DNA of 64,000 nucleotides from Erysipelotrichaceae bacterium (GTDB lineage Bacteria; Bacillota_I; Bacilli_A; RFN20; CAG-449): NCBI GenBank assembly GCA_015059045.1, contig SVBD01000008.1, positions 9,355 to 73,354 of the forward strand, read 5' to 3'. Shown piece by piece: positions 7,594 to 16,679 of this stretch (position 1 is its first letter; each line of letters starts with the position of its first letter). The notes under the pieces were generated by a model. It saw only the letters and a program-made list of their open reading frames with translations, ran no database searches and was not told where the DNA came from. The position numbers and the translations under genes were made by a program.

Positions 7594-8871
7594 ATGAACA
7601 ACAAGGTAGCACTATTAATATTATTAACTTTAACACTTTCTTCGTGCGATGTTATTAATAAAAATAATAACTCAAGCGAATCTTCTAGCGTAATAATTAG
7701 TAGTGAGGAATCTTCATGTTCTTCTTCAAAAGTAGATTACTCATCAATGAGCATTTTATCTCTTAATAGTGATTCTTGTTCTTCTGGTTTGTTTAAATAT
7801 TCAACAGGAAGTTTTGGTGATTTTTATCAAGGATATAGATTTGATTTTTATCGCGCATACAAAAAGAATAATGAACTTTTAAGATTACTCCCATATACAT
7901 CTATAAATAGTGTAGAAGGGCTTAATTCTGCTTTTTATAATAGAAATAAGATTGAAGGTATTAAAAGAATTGATATTTCTTATAGTACGGAAGGGAATAA
8001 TAGCAAACCTATATTAAAAATTGGTGAGACTCGTTTTTATAATCATGAAGTAGAATTAGAAATAAGTGAAGAAGTTACTACCTTCTCTTATGAAATTACA
8101 AATGATATTACAAGATATTTTTCACTAGAAACATCAAATACTTTATTATCTATTGTTTCCGTTGATATTTATTACTTAGACAATTTTTCTTATGGAGATG
8201 AAGATAAAAAAAGGGCTAATGAAGGTATTTATAGAATTAATTTAGAAACATTAAATAAGGAAGAATTAATTCCTGGAGTAAGTAAAGTTTCAGTGCCAAC
8301 AAGCATCAATGTCTTGGAAGGAAATTCTTATAGCATTAACAATACAAAAGAATATACGTATTATACATATGATTACATTTCAGAAAATCCATCTTTAGTA
8401 GATTCGTGTGCTTTAGTCAATCCAGAAGATGTTGCTAATTATTTTATTTCTTTTGGAACATATCCAGTTAATTATGTTACAAAAAAGAATTACTATAATG
8501 CATATGCTTTATTTGGTGAAAACACTAGATGTGTATCTCAATACTCTAGAACTGATGGTTACGCTACTTCTGTCCCTTATTTATCTGGAAGCGATAATAA
8601 ACCTTCTTATTATGAATGTGACATAGCTTTGGATAATACTTATTCATCATCAAATAGAGGTATTGGTAGACTTGTAGTTTGGGAATATGGATTTGATCAA
8701 AATAAGGGTGCAAAAGGATATTCATCATCTCCTGTTTGCGTATACACAGATGACCACTACGCTACATTTAAGGAATATATGAATTATGGAATTTTTGGAG
8801 AAGCATTTGATGCAGAAAGTGAAAGAAGTTATTCTCGCTGGTCTAATCCAATTACTCTTACATTAAAATAA
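7594..8871 (+). CDS. Lipoprotein with a C-terminal barnase-type (RNase N1/T1/Sa superfamily) ribonuclease domain
   Basis: Lipoprotein signal MNNKVALLILLTLTLSSC|D (alternative in-frame start at 7561). Ser-rich linker. C-terminal ~120 aa align with barnase: VANYFISFGTYPVNYVTKKNYYNAYALFG vs VADYLQTYHKLPDNYITKSEAQALGW; ECDIALDNTYSSSNRG vs EADINYTSGFRNSDR; YTDDHYATFKEY vs TTDHYQTFTKI. This conserves the catalytic E, R and H positions. Confidence 0.55.
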   Translation: MNNKVALLILLTLTLSSCDVINKNNNSSESSSVIISSEESSCSSSKVDYSSMSILSLNSDSCSSGLFKYSTGSFGDFYQGYRFDFYRAYKKNNELLRLLPYTSINSVEGLNSAFYNRNKIEGIKRIDISYSTEGNNSKPILKIGETRFYNHEVELEISEEVTTFSYEITNDITRYFSLETSNTLLSIVSVDIYYLDNFSYGDEDKKRANEGIYRINLETLNKEELIPGVSKVSVPTSINVLEGNSYSINNTKEYTYYTYDYISENPSLVDSCALVNPEDVANYFISFGTYPVNYVTKKNYYNAYALFGENTRCVSQYSRTDGYATSVPYLSGSDNKPSYYECDIALDNTYSSSNRGIGRLVVWEYGFDQNKGAKGYSSSPVCVYTDDHYATFKEYMNYGIFGEAFDAESERSYSRWSNPITLTLK

Positions 8872-8938
8872 AGTAGATAAAACATAATATAATAATATAT
8901 AAAGCAAATAAAAATTAATAACAGGAAAGGAGAATTCT

Positions 8939-10156
8939 ATGGCAGGGTTACTATCGAATAAGAATTTTAAAATTACTAATGGTGATAAAATTGTTTATTT
9001 GAATTCTTTAGCAAATAAAGCAAAAAGTAAAGGGCAAAAAGTAATTAATGCAACAGTTGGAATGCTATATGATGAAAATGGAGAACTTTCTAATATTAGT
9101 TTCGTTGATGATATTATCAAAAATGCCCCAAAAGATGTGAAAAAATATGGCTCTATCAGTGGCGGTAAAGATTTTAGCGATGCTTTATACTCATGGTTAT
9201 TTTCTAATGTTACTTTAGATAAAATAAACTATTATATAATAGCTACCTTTGGAGCGACCGCCGCTTTATCTTTAAGTATCAAAAATTATTGTTCTTCTTC
9301 TCAAGAAGTTTTAGTACCATCTATCCGTTGGTCTAATTACGATACGATAAGTAAAATGGCCTGTTGCGAAGTTAAAGAATACAATTTATTTAATGGGAAC
9401 GACAAATTAGATATTGAATCAATAAAACATGTTGTAAACGAATCTATAAAAAAACATCAAAGAGCGTATTTATTAATTAATGACCCTTGTCAAAATCCAA
9501 CAGGGTATACTTTAGAAATTAACGAATGGAAAGAATTATTGTCGTTTTTAAAAGAAAAATCAAACGAAGGACCAATTGTTTTATTAGATGACATTGCTTA
9601 CTTAAACTATAGTGAAACTAATTATGAAAAAGTATTTGCTTTATTTAATGAATATATTGATGAAAATTTTATGATTCATGTTACCTTTTCTGCGAGTAAG
9701 ACATTAGGTATATATGGTTATCGTGGTGGAGCTTTAATTGGCTTGTGTAAAAATAAAGTCGATTTAGATGATTTTAAAGTTTCTTGTGAAGGAAGCGCTA
9801 GAGGAATTTGGTCAATGCCTAATTCTTTAACCTGTAGAATTATTACTGAAATTTTTAAAGATCCAGAAAAAGAGAAAATAGTTAGAGAAGATATTAAAAA
9901 GTATCGATTATTATTAAAAGAAAGAGCAGATTTATTTTTTGAAGAATGTGAAATGGTAGGACTTGTCACCTATCCTTATAATGGTGGATTTTTTGTCTTA
10001 ATTCCTTGTGAAGAACCAGAATTAATTTGTGATAAATTAATCAAAAAGAATGTTTTTGCTGTTCCAATGTCTGGCGGATTGCGAGTGGCATTATCTTCTC
10101 TTTCAAAAAAAGAAATAACAGGATTAGCTAAAATAATTAAAAACGTAATGAGGTAA
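8939..10156 (+). CDS. aspC: Aspartate/aromatic aminotransferase (class I PLP-dependent, AspC/TyrB family)
   Basis: NATVGMLYDENGEL, NDPCQNPTGYT, SASKTLGIYGYRGGA (PLP lysine) and the C-terminal AVPMSGGLRVA block align with E. coli AspC. Confidence 0.75.
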   Translation: MAGLLSNKNFKITNGDKIVYLNSLANKAKSKGQKVINATVGMLYDENGELSNISFVDDIIKNAPKDVKKYGSISGGKDFSDALYSWLFSNVTLDKINYYIIATFGATAALSLSIKNYCSSSQEVLVPSIRWSNYDTISKMACCEVKEYNLFNGNDKLDIESIKHVVNESIKKHQRAYLLINDPCQNPTGYTLEINEWKELLSFLKEKSNEGPIVLLDDIAYLNYSETNYEKVFALFNEYIDENFMIHVTFSASKTLGIYGYRGGALIGLCKNKVDLDDFKVSCEGSARGIWSMPNSLTCRIITEIFKDPEKEKIVREDIKKYRLLLKERADLFFEECEMVGLVTYPYNGGFFVLIPCEEPELICDKLIKKNVFAVPMSGGLRVALSSLSKKEITGLAKIIKNVMR

Positions 10157-10184
10157 AATCATTTTATTAAAACAACAAATTATT

Positions 10185-10210
10185 AAATGAGCATCCGCTC
10201 ATTTTTTATT
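10185..10210 (+). terminator. Rho-independent terminator
   Basis: aaatgagc-atcc-gctcattt followed by tttatttt. Confidence 0.65.
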
Positions 10211-10349
10211 TTATTAATAAAAAATATAGATAATTAAATTAATGCTTATAGGATTATAGAAATTTCTATAAAAAAATGTTAAATTAAAAAGTGGTGCTAA
10301 TGCACAGATTATCTTTTTTAAAGAAAAGATAAGGATAGGAGAACCATTT

Positions 10350-11768
10350 ATGAACAAAAAGTATGATGTTATTATAGTTGGAGCGGGACCAACAGGGATT
10401 TATTCAACATATGAATTAATCAAAAGAAAGCCAGACATTAAAGTACTTTTAGTTGATAAGGGTCAAGACATTTATTCACGTAATTGTCCAATTTTAAATA
10501 AGAAAATTAAACAATGTCCATTAGATATTAACGGTGAGTCTGGATGTAAACCAAGTTGTGCTATGACAAGCGGCTTTGGAGGATCTGGAGCTTATTCTGA
10601 TGGCAAATTTAATATTACAAGTGAATTTGGTGGATGGATGACTAATTATTTAGACAAAGAATTAGTTTTAGATTTAATTGAATATGTAGACGAAATCAAT
10701 TTAAAACACGGGGCTCCTGAAACAATTACTGATCCATATACTCCAGAAGTTTTAGAAATCGAAAGAAAAGGTATTGCGGTTGGTTTAAAATTATTAAGAA
10801 GTAAAGTTAGACACTTAGGTACAGAAATTAATCTTAACTTATTAAAGTCAATTTACGAAGAAATGAAACCAAATGTTGATTATAGATTTGCAACAAAAGT
10901 TACTGATGTAGTTGTTGAAAATAAAGTAGTTAAAGGTGTAATGGTTGGCGAAGAATTTATTGAAGCTGATTATGTTCTTTTAGGTGTAGGAAGAAATGGT
11001 TCTGAATGGTTATGTTCCGCATTAAGAAAGCATAAAGTTAAATTTGCTAATAATAGAGTTGATATTGGAGTTAGAGTTGAAACTAATGACATCATTATGG
11101 AAGATATCAACAAACACTTATATGAAGGTAAATTTATTTTTAATACTTCAGTTGGTACAACAGTTAGAACATTCTGTTCAAACCCATCAGGTCACGTTGT
11201 AGTTGAAAACCATAACGGTACAATGGTTTGTAATGGACATGCATATAACGATCCAAAATTAGGTTCAAAGAACACTAACTTTGCACTATTAGTTTCTCAA
11301 GAATTTGATGATCCATTTAAAGATGCTAACCAATATGCTCACGAAGTAAGTAGATTAGCTAACCAACTTTCTGGTGGTGGAGTTATCGTTCAAAAATTTG
11401 GTGATATTAAAAAAGGTAGAAGATCTACTAAGAAGAGAATTGATGAAGGATTTGTTACTCCGACATTAAAAGAAGCAATTCCTGGTGATTTAGGATTAGT
11501 ACTTCCTTATAATACAATGAAATCTTTAATTGAAATGATAGAAGCTTTAGATACTGTTACTCCAGGTATTGCAAATGATCATACATTATTCTATGGTGTT
11601 GAAGCAAAATTCTATTCAGATCGCCCAGAAGTAAATGATCGTTTTGAAACAAAAATTAAGAATCTATATGTTGGTGGAGATGGTGCAGGTATTACACGTG
11701 GACTAGCTCAAGCTGGTGCTTCAGGTGTTTGGATTGCTCGTGACATTTTAGAAAAAATTAATAAATAA
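10350..11768 (+). CDS. FAD-dependent oxidoreductase, COG2509 family (uncharacterised FAD-dependent dehydrogenase) with N-terminal Cys cluster
   Basis: Rossmann YDVIIVGAGPTGIY. GGSGAYSDGKF motif shared with the second paralog at 31884. CPILNKKIKQCP...CKPSC cysteine cluster. Confidence 0.6.
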   Translation: MNKKYDVIIVGAGPTGIYSTYELIKRKPDIKVLLVDKGQDIYSRNCPILNKKIKQCPLDINGESGCKPSCAMTSGFGGSGAYSDGKFNITSEFGGWMTNYLDKELVLDLIEYVDEINLKHGAPETITDPYTPEVLEIERKGIAVGLKLLRSKVRHLGTEINLNLLKSIYEEMKPNVDYRFATKVTDVVVENKVVKGVMVGEEFIEADYVLLGVGRNGSEWLCSALRKHKVKFANNRVDIGVRVETNDIIMEDINKHLYEGKFIFNTSVGTTVRTFCSNPSGHVVVENHNGTMVCNGHAYNDPKLGSKNTNFALLVSQEFDDPFKDANQYAHEVSRLANQLSGGGVIVQKFGDIKKGRRSTKKRIDEGFVTPTLKEAIPGDLGLVLPYNTMKSLIEMIEALDTVTPGIANDHTLFYGVEAKFYSDRPEVNDRFETKIKNLYVGGDGAGITRGLAQAGASGVWIARDILEKINK

Positions 11769-11770
11769 TT

Positions 11771-12415
11771 ATGAACTTTAAACAATTATTCAAAGAAGAA
11801 GGTAATAAAGAATATTACATCAAATTATTTGAATTTGTGAATAAAGAATATAAAGAGAAACGTTGCTTTCCTTTGTATGAAGATATTTTTAATGCGTTTA
11901 AATATAACGATATAGATAAAATAAAAGTTATTATTTTAGGACAAGATCCATATCACGAAATCAACCAAGCTCATGGTTTAAGCTTTTCAATTTTGGATGG
12001 AAATCCTTTACCAAAGAGTTTGATTAATATATATAAAGAACTTTATGATGATTTAGGAATTACTAGATTAACTGGTAATCTTTCTTCTTGGGCAAATCAA
12101 GGAGTTTTCCTATTAAATAACGTATTAACTGTTGAAGAAGGAAAGGCTAATTCACATAAAAATAAAGGATGGGAAATTTTCACATCTAGAGTTATTGAAG
12201 AATTAAATAAAGATGATTCGCCTAAAGTTTTTGTTCTTTGGGGCAAAGATGCTGGAGCAAAGAAAAAACTTATTACAAATAAAAAGCATATGATTATTGA
12301 AAGTGCACATCCTTCTCCTTTATCGAGTTATCGTGGTTTCTTTGGATCAAAACCTTTTTCTAAAATAAATAAATTTCTAAAAGAAAATAATTTAGAAGAA
12401 ATCGATTGGAGCTAA
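11771..12415 (+). CDS. ung: Uracil-DNA glycosylase (family 1)
   Basis: Motifs ILGQDPYH, GVFLLNNVLTV and HPSPLS. Confidence 0.9.
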   Translation: MNFKQLFKEEGNKEYYIKLFEFVNKEYKEKRCFPLYEDIFNAFKYNDIDKIKVIILGQDPYHEINQAHGLSFSILDGNPLPKSLINIYKELYDDLGITRLTGNLSSWANQGVFLLNNVLTVEEGKANSHKNKGWEIFTSRVIEELNKDDSPKVFVLWGKDAGAKKKLITNKKHMIIESAHPSPLSSYRGFFGSKPFSKINKFLKENNLEEIDWS

Positions 12416-12416
12416 T

Positions 12417-13292
12417 ATGGATTCTATTAAAATAGTAGTTAAAAAAGAATTTGACCAAATGAATGTTAAAGAATTATTAAAATGCTTTAATGTTGGTAAA
12501 GGAAAAATTGAAGAAATTAGAAATAATTTTTCTATAAAAATTAATAAAGAAAAGGCTTCGTTAGAAAGTGTTGTATCCACTAAAGATGAAGTAACTTTTT
12601 TCTTTACTGAAAAAATAGATTACACTCCTTATTCATTAAAATTAGACGTTGTTTATGAAGATGAATATTTATTAATAGTTAATAAACCAAGTGGAATGTT
12701 AATTCATCCAGATAAAGAAGATAATGATAAAACTTTAGTAAATGTGGTCGCATCTTATTATTATGAAAATAAAATTTTTAGAAATGTAAGATACGTTCAT
12801 AGAATTGACGAAGAAACAAGTGGTATTGTGATATTCGCTAAAGATTTTATTACTATGGGTTTATTAAATGACATGATAATTAATAAAACTCTTAAAAGAT
12901 ATTATTTAGCGTTATGCCATAATAAATTTAAAAATTTAAAAGGTGAAATAAATGCTTCAATTGGTAGAGATAGACACCAAAGTAATAAATATCGCGTTAG
13001 TTCTTCTTCTATGAGTAAAAGTGCAAAAACAACTTATGAAGTTGTAAAAGAATATAAAGGATATTCTTTAGTTAAACTATTATTAGATACAGGTAGAACC
13101 CATCAAATTAGAGTTCATATGTCTTATTTCAATCATCCTTTATTGGGAGATAGTCTTTATGGTGGGAAGAAAGATTTAATTAAAAGAGTAGCGTTACATT
13201 CTTATCAAGTTAAATTTAATCACCCAATCACAAATGAATATTTAGATGTAGTTTGTCCACTACACGAGGATATGAAGAGGTTAGAAAAATAA
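12417..13292 (+). CDS. rluD: RluA-family 23S rRNA pseudouridine synthase (RluD/RluC-like)
   Basis: HRIDEETSGIVIFAKD catalytic Asp motif. S4-like N-terminus. GRTHQIRVH motif. Confidence 0.8.
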   Translation: MDSIKIVVKKEFDQMNVKELLKCFNVGKGKIEEIRNNFSIKINKEKASLESVVSTKDEVTFFFTEKIDYTPYSLKLDVVYEDEYLLIVNKPSGMLIHPDKEDNDKTLVNVVASYYYENKIFRNVRYVHRIDEETSGIVIFAKDFITMGLLNDMIINKTLKRYYLALCHNKFKNLKGEINASIGRDRHQSNKYRVSSSSMSKSAKTTYEVVKEYKGYSLVKLLLDTGRTHQIRVHMSYFNHPLLGDSLYGGKKDLIKRVALHSYQVKFNHPITNEYLDVVCPLHEDMKRLEK

Positions 13293-13942
13293 TGATAAAA
13301 GCACTTATTTTTGATTTTGACGGAACCCTTGTTAATACGATAGAAGATTTAAAAGATTCAATTAACATGGCTTTAATGTCGAATGGTTTTGATAAACAAT
13401 ATTCAACGGAGGAAACAAAAAATCTAATCGGTAAAGGTATTAGAGTTCTTTGTACTCGCGCTTTAAATTATTGTCCTCATTCCATAGAAGATGAAGAAAA
13501 TGTATATAAATCATTTTATGAATATTATAGTAAAAATCAAATAAATAAAACTAGGCCATATGTTAATGTGGTTGAAACGCTTTTAAAGTTGAATAAATCA
13601 AAAATTAAATTAGCAATTCTATCTAATAAAAAACATGAGAATTTACAAGAAATTGTGGATAAATTATTTCCTAAAAATTTATTTGATGTAATTTTTGGGA
13701 AAAAAGAAGAATTTGATTTAAAACCAAATCCTAAAAGTTTAATTCATATTTTAGATGTATTAGGTGTAAATAAAGATGAAGTTTTATATGTTGGTGATTC
13801 TGATGTTGATATGATAACTGCCATAAATGCAAATGTAAAAAAAGTCGCAGTTACTTATGGATATCGCGAAAAAAAATTATTAGAAAGTTATAATCCAGAA
13901 TATATTATTGATGATATTTCTGAACTTCTAAAAATTATTTAA
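13292..13942 (+). CDS. HAD-superfamily hydrolase (phosphoglycolate phosphatase-like, subfamily IA)
   Basis: LIFDFDGTL motif I, SNK motif, GDSDVD motif. ATG overlaps the rluD stop codon (TAATG). Confidence 0.7.
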   Translation: MIKALIFDFDGTLVNTIEDLKDSINMALMSNGFDKQYSTEETKNLIGKGIRVLCTRALNYCPHSIEDEENVYKSFYEYYSKNQINKTRPYVNVVETLLKLNKSKIKLAILSNKKHENLQEIVDKLFPKNLFDVIFGKKEEFDLKPNPKSLIHILDVLGVNKDEVLYVGDSDVDMITAINANVKKVAVTYGYREKKLLESYNPEYIIDDISELLKII

Positions 13943-14064
13943 AGAATAAAAGGGCAGCAGTAAATAAAATAGACAAATAAAATTTGTTGATATATAATGT
14001 AAAGGTATTTATCAAAGAAAATTATTAAAAATAATTTTATTAAAAGTAAAAAGGGGGTACAAAA

Positions 14065-15405
14065 ATGGAAGTTAAATTATATAATAGCTTAACAAATCAA
14101 AAAGAAGTATTTAAACCAATTAAAGAAAATGAAGTAACTTGTTACGTTTGCGGACCAACAGTATATAATTTTGTTCATATTGGCAATATGAGACCAGTTG
14201 TTACTTTTGATATTTTAAGAAGATTATTTATTAGATTAGGCAATAAGGTTACATTTATTTCAAATTTCACAGATATTGATGATAAAATTATTAAACAAGC
14301 TAAAGAAGAAGGCGTTAGCGAAAAGGAAATTGCCGAAAAATATATTGAAGCATTTGAACAAGACAGAGAAAATATTCACTCTTTAAAACCGGATTATCAA
14401 CCTCGCGTAACTAATACAATGAAAGATATTGTTGATTTCATTGATCAGTTAGTTCAAAAAGGATTCGCTTATGAAGTAAATGGAGATGTTTATTTTAGAG
14501 TTAATAAAATTAAAGACTATGGTACTTTATCAAATATGAAAATTGATGATTTAGTAGTAGGCGCTAGAATTGATGAAAACTCCTTAAAAGAATCACCACT
14601 TGATTTTACTCTATGGAAGAAAACTGAAGAAGGTATTAAATTTGATTCACCTTGGTCAATGGGTAGACCTGGATGGCATAGTGAATGTGTAGTAATGATT
14701 AATAAACTTGTCCCGGGTGGCCATATCGATATTCATGGAGGAGGATTTGATTTAAAATTCCCTCATCATGAAAATGAAATTGCTCAAGAAGAAGCTTTAC
14801 ATAATCACAAGATTGCTAACTATTGGATGCATAATGGATTTATTAATGTAGACAATGTTAAGATGAGTAAATCATTAGGAAATGTAAAAAGAGCAGTAGA
14901 TTTATTAAAAGAATATGGTGGAAACACAGTTAGATTTGTATTGATTAATTCTTATTATCGTACACCAGTCAATTTCAGTGATGAATTATTATTATCAGCG
15001 AAAAAAGAAGTTGAAAAAATTGAACAAACATATTTAAAATTGTCAATTAAACTTCAATTAGCAGGTATCTCACTAGATTCTTATGATAAAGAATTAAAGA
15101 GTAATGAATTTATTGATGCGCTATGCGATGATTTAAATACTCCAAATGCATTAACAGAAATGTATAAAACTTTAAAAGAAGCTAATGTCGCTTTAAGAGC
15201 TAACCCAAGTGACCTTGAATTGTTGACTCAATTATTCTTCACACTAAAAGATATGATTGATTTACTTGGATTAAAATTCGATTTAGTCAAATTAACAGCT
15301 GAAGATATAGCTTTATATGAAGAATATAATTTATCTAAAGCCAATAAAGATTTTGAAAAATCAGATCAATTAAGAAAGATATTAATAGAAAGAAAAATAT
15401 TTTAA
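14065..15405 (+). CDS. cysS: Cysteine--tRNA ligase
   Basis: CGPTVYNFVHIGN (HIGH), KMSKSLGN, and Zn-binding C/H positions. Confidence 0.93.
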   Translation: MEVKLYNSLTNQKEVFKPIKENEVTCYVCGPTVYNFVHIGNMRPVVTFDILRRLFIRLGNKVTFISNFTDIDDKIIKQAKEEGVSEKEIAEKYIEAFEQDRENIHSLKPDYQPRVTNTMKDIVDFIDQLVQKGFAYEVNGDVYFRVNKIKDYGTLSNMKIDDLVVGARIDENSLKESPLDFTLWKKTEEGIKFDSPWSMGRPGWHSECVVMINKLVPGGHIDIHGGGFDLKFPHHENEIAQEEALHNHKIANYWMHNGFINVDNVKMSKSLGNVKRAVDLLKEYGGNTVRFVLINSYYRTPVNFSDELLLSAKKEVEKIEQTYLKLSIKLQLAGISLDSYDKELKSNEFIDALCDDLNTPNALTEMYKTLKEANVALRANPSDLELLTQLFFTLKDMIDLLGLKFDLVKLTAEDIALYEEYNLSKANKDFEKSDQLRKILIERKIF

Positions 15406-15408
15406 GAT

Positions 15409-16137
15409 ATGAAAAACTTTATTTTTGGTAAAAATACAATAGCTAATGCGCTTGAACATAACGACTCTTTAAAAAGGGTTTTAGTAAGTTCATCTTTTAA
15501 AGATGATCGCATTTTTAAGTTATTAAAAAATAAGAAAGTATCTTATAGAATTGTTTCTCAAAATGAAATTAACTCACTTGTTGGTAATGTTAATCACCAA
15601 GGGGTTATTGCCGAAATTGAAGAATATAAATATATTTCTTTAGAAGAGTTAATTAGAAAAAACCAAAATAATTCAAATAGTTTATTAGTTTTATTAGATG
15701 GAATCGAAGACCCTCATAATCTAGGGGCGATCTTAAGAAGTGTAGATGCTTTTGGGGCAAATGGAGTTATTATTGGCGCTAATAGACAAGTAGGATTAAA
15801 TTCAACAGTCGCTAAAGTAAGTACAGGTGCTATTGAATATGTCGATACTTGTATGGTAACTAATTTAAATCAAACAATTCAAAAATTAAAAGAAGAAGGA
15901 TATTGGATTGTCGCTAGTGATGGAGAAGCAAAACTAGACTATAGACAAGTAGATTATAATAATACAAAGATTGTATTAGTTGTTGGTAGCGAAGGATTTG
16001 GCGTTAGTAAATTATTGTTAAAAAATAGCGACTTTATTGTCAAAATTCCAATGGTCGGACATGTTAATTCATTAAACGCATCAGTTGCGTGCGCAATCTT
16101 TTTAGCTCAAATATATAATGCGAGAAATAAGTTATGA
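15409..16137 (+). CDS. rlmB: TrmH/SpoU-family 23S rRNA (guanosine-2'-O-)-methyltransferase
   Basis: SpoU motifs LVLLDGIEDPHNLGAILRS, VVGSEGFGVS and NVSVACAI. Conserved position downstream of cysS as in Bacillus (yacO). Confidence 0.8.
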   Translation: MKNFIFGKNTIANALEHNDSLKRVLVSSSFKDDRIFKLLKNKKVSYRIVSQNEINSLVGNVNHQGVIAEIEEYKYISLEELIRKNQNNSNSLLVLLDGIEDPHNLGAILRSVDAFGANGVIIGANRQVGLNSTVAKVSTGAIEYVDTCMVTNLNQTIQKLKEEGYWIVASDGEAKLDYRQVDYNNTKIVLVVGSEGFGVSKLLLKNSDFIVKIPMVGHVNSLNASVACAIFLAQIYNARNKL

Positions 16138-16679
16138 TTAATATAGGGTTAACTGATTCAGAATTAATTTATTATATTAAACAGAATAAAGAAGAAGCTT
16201 TCAAGCTTCTTTTTTTACGATATAAGACAAAAATGAGAAAAATAATAAACAAATATGGATTAAATACTGTTTATGAAAGAGATGGAGATTTTCTAGAAGG
16301 TGTGTATTTTGATGCACTAAATGAAGCGGTCAATTATTATTCTTGTGATAGGGGAGTATTTTATTCTTATTTCTGTGGTATGTATAAAAACAAAATTTAT
16401 GGCGCAATTAGTAAAAAGAAATGCTATATGTATAACGAAATTCCATGTCCTACAATAGAAGAAATGCTGAGTGATACACATAATTATTATTTTAATGAAG
16501 AAGCAAGTAGGTGCTTAAAATTATTATTATCTTTTGATGAAAGGTGTTATCAAATTATCACTTATTGGATGCAAGGATTATCTTATGAAGAAATCGCTAA
16601 AGTAATGAATATAACTGTTAAAGTTGTTGCTTATTTATTAAGAAGAGGGGTGAAATACTTAAAAAACAGATTGCTATAA
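16134..16679 (+). CDS. SigH-like alternative sigma-70-family sigma factor (short, divergent)
   Basis: C-terminal region-4 HTH YEEIAKVMNITVKVVAYLLRRGVKYLKNRL. Overlaps the rlmB stop (ATGA). Occupies the sigH position of the Firmicutes cysS-rlmB-sigH arrangement. Confidence 0.55.
   Translation: MINIGLTDSELIYYIKQNKEEAFKLLFLRYKTKMRKIINKYGLNTVYERDGDFLEGVYFDALNEAVNYYSCDRGVFYSYFCGMYKNKIYGAISKKKCYMYNEIPCPTIEEMLSDTHNYYFNEEASRCLKLLLSFDERCYQIITYWMQGLSYEEIAKVMNITVKVVAYLLRRGVKYLKNRLL

Noticed and set aside
13943-14064. Possible T-box riboswitch upstream of cysS
   Set aside because: The leader is only ~120 nt and lacks the T-box consensus (AATTAGGGTGGNACCGCG) and the specifier/antiterminator architecture. 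Only a promoter-like TGaTATATAAT is present.
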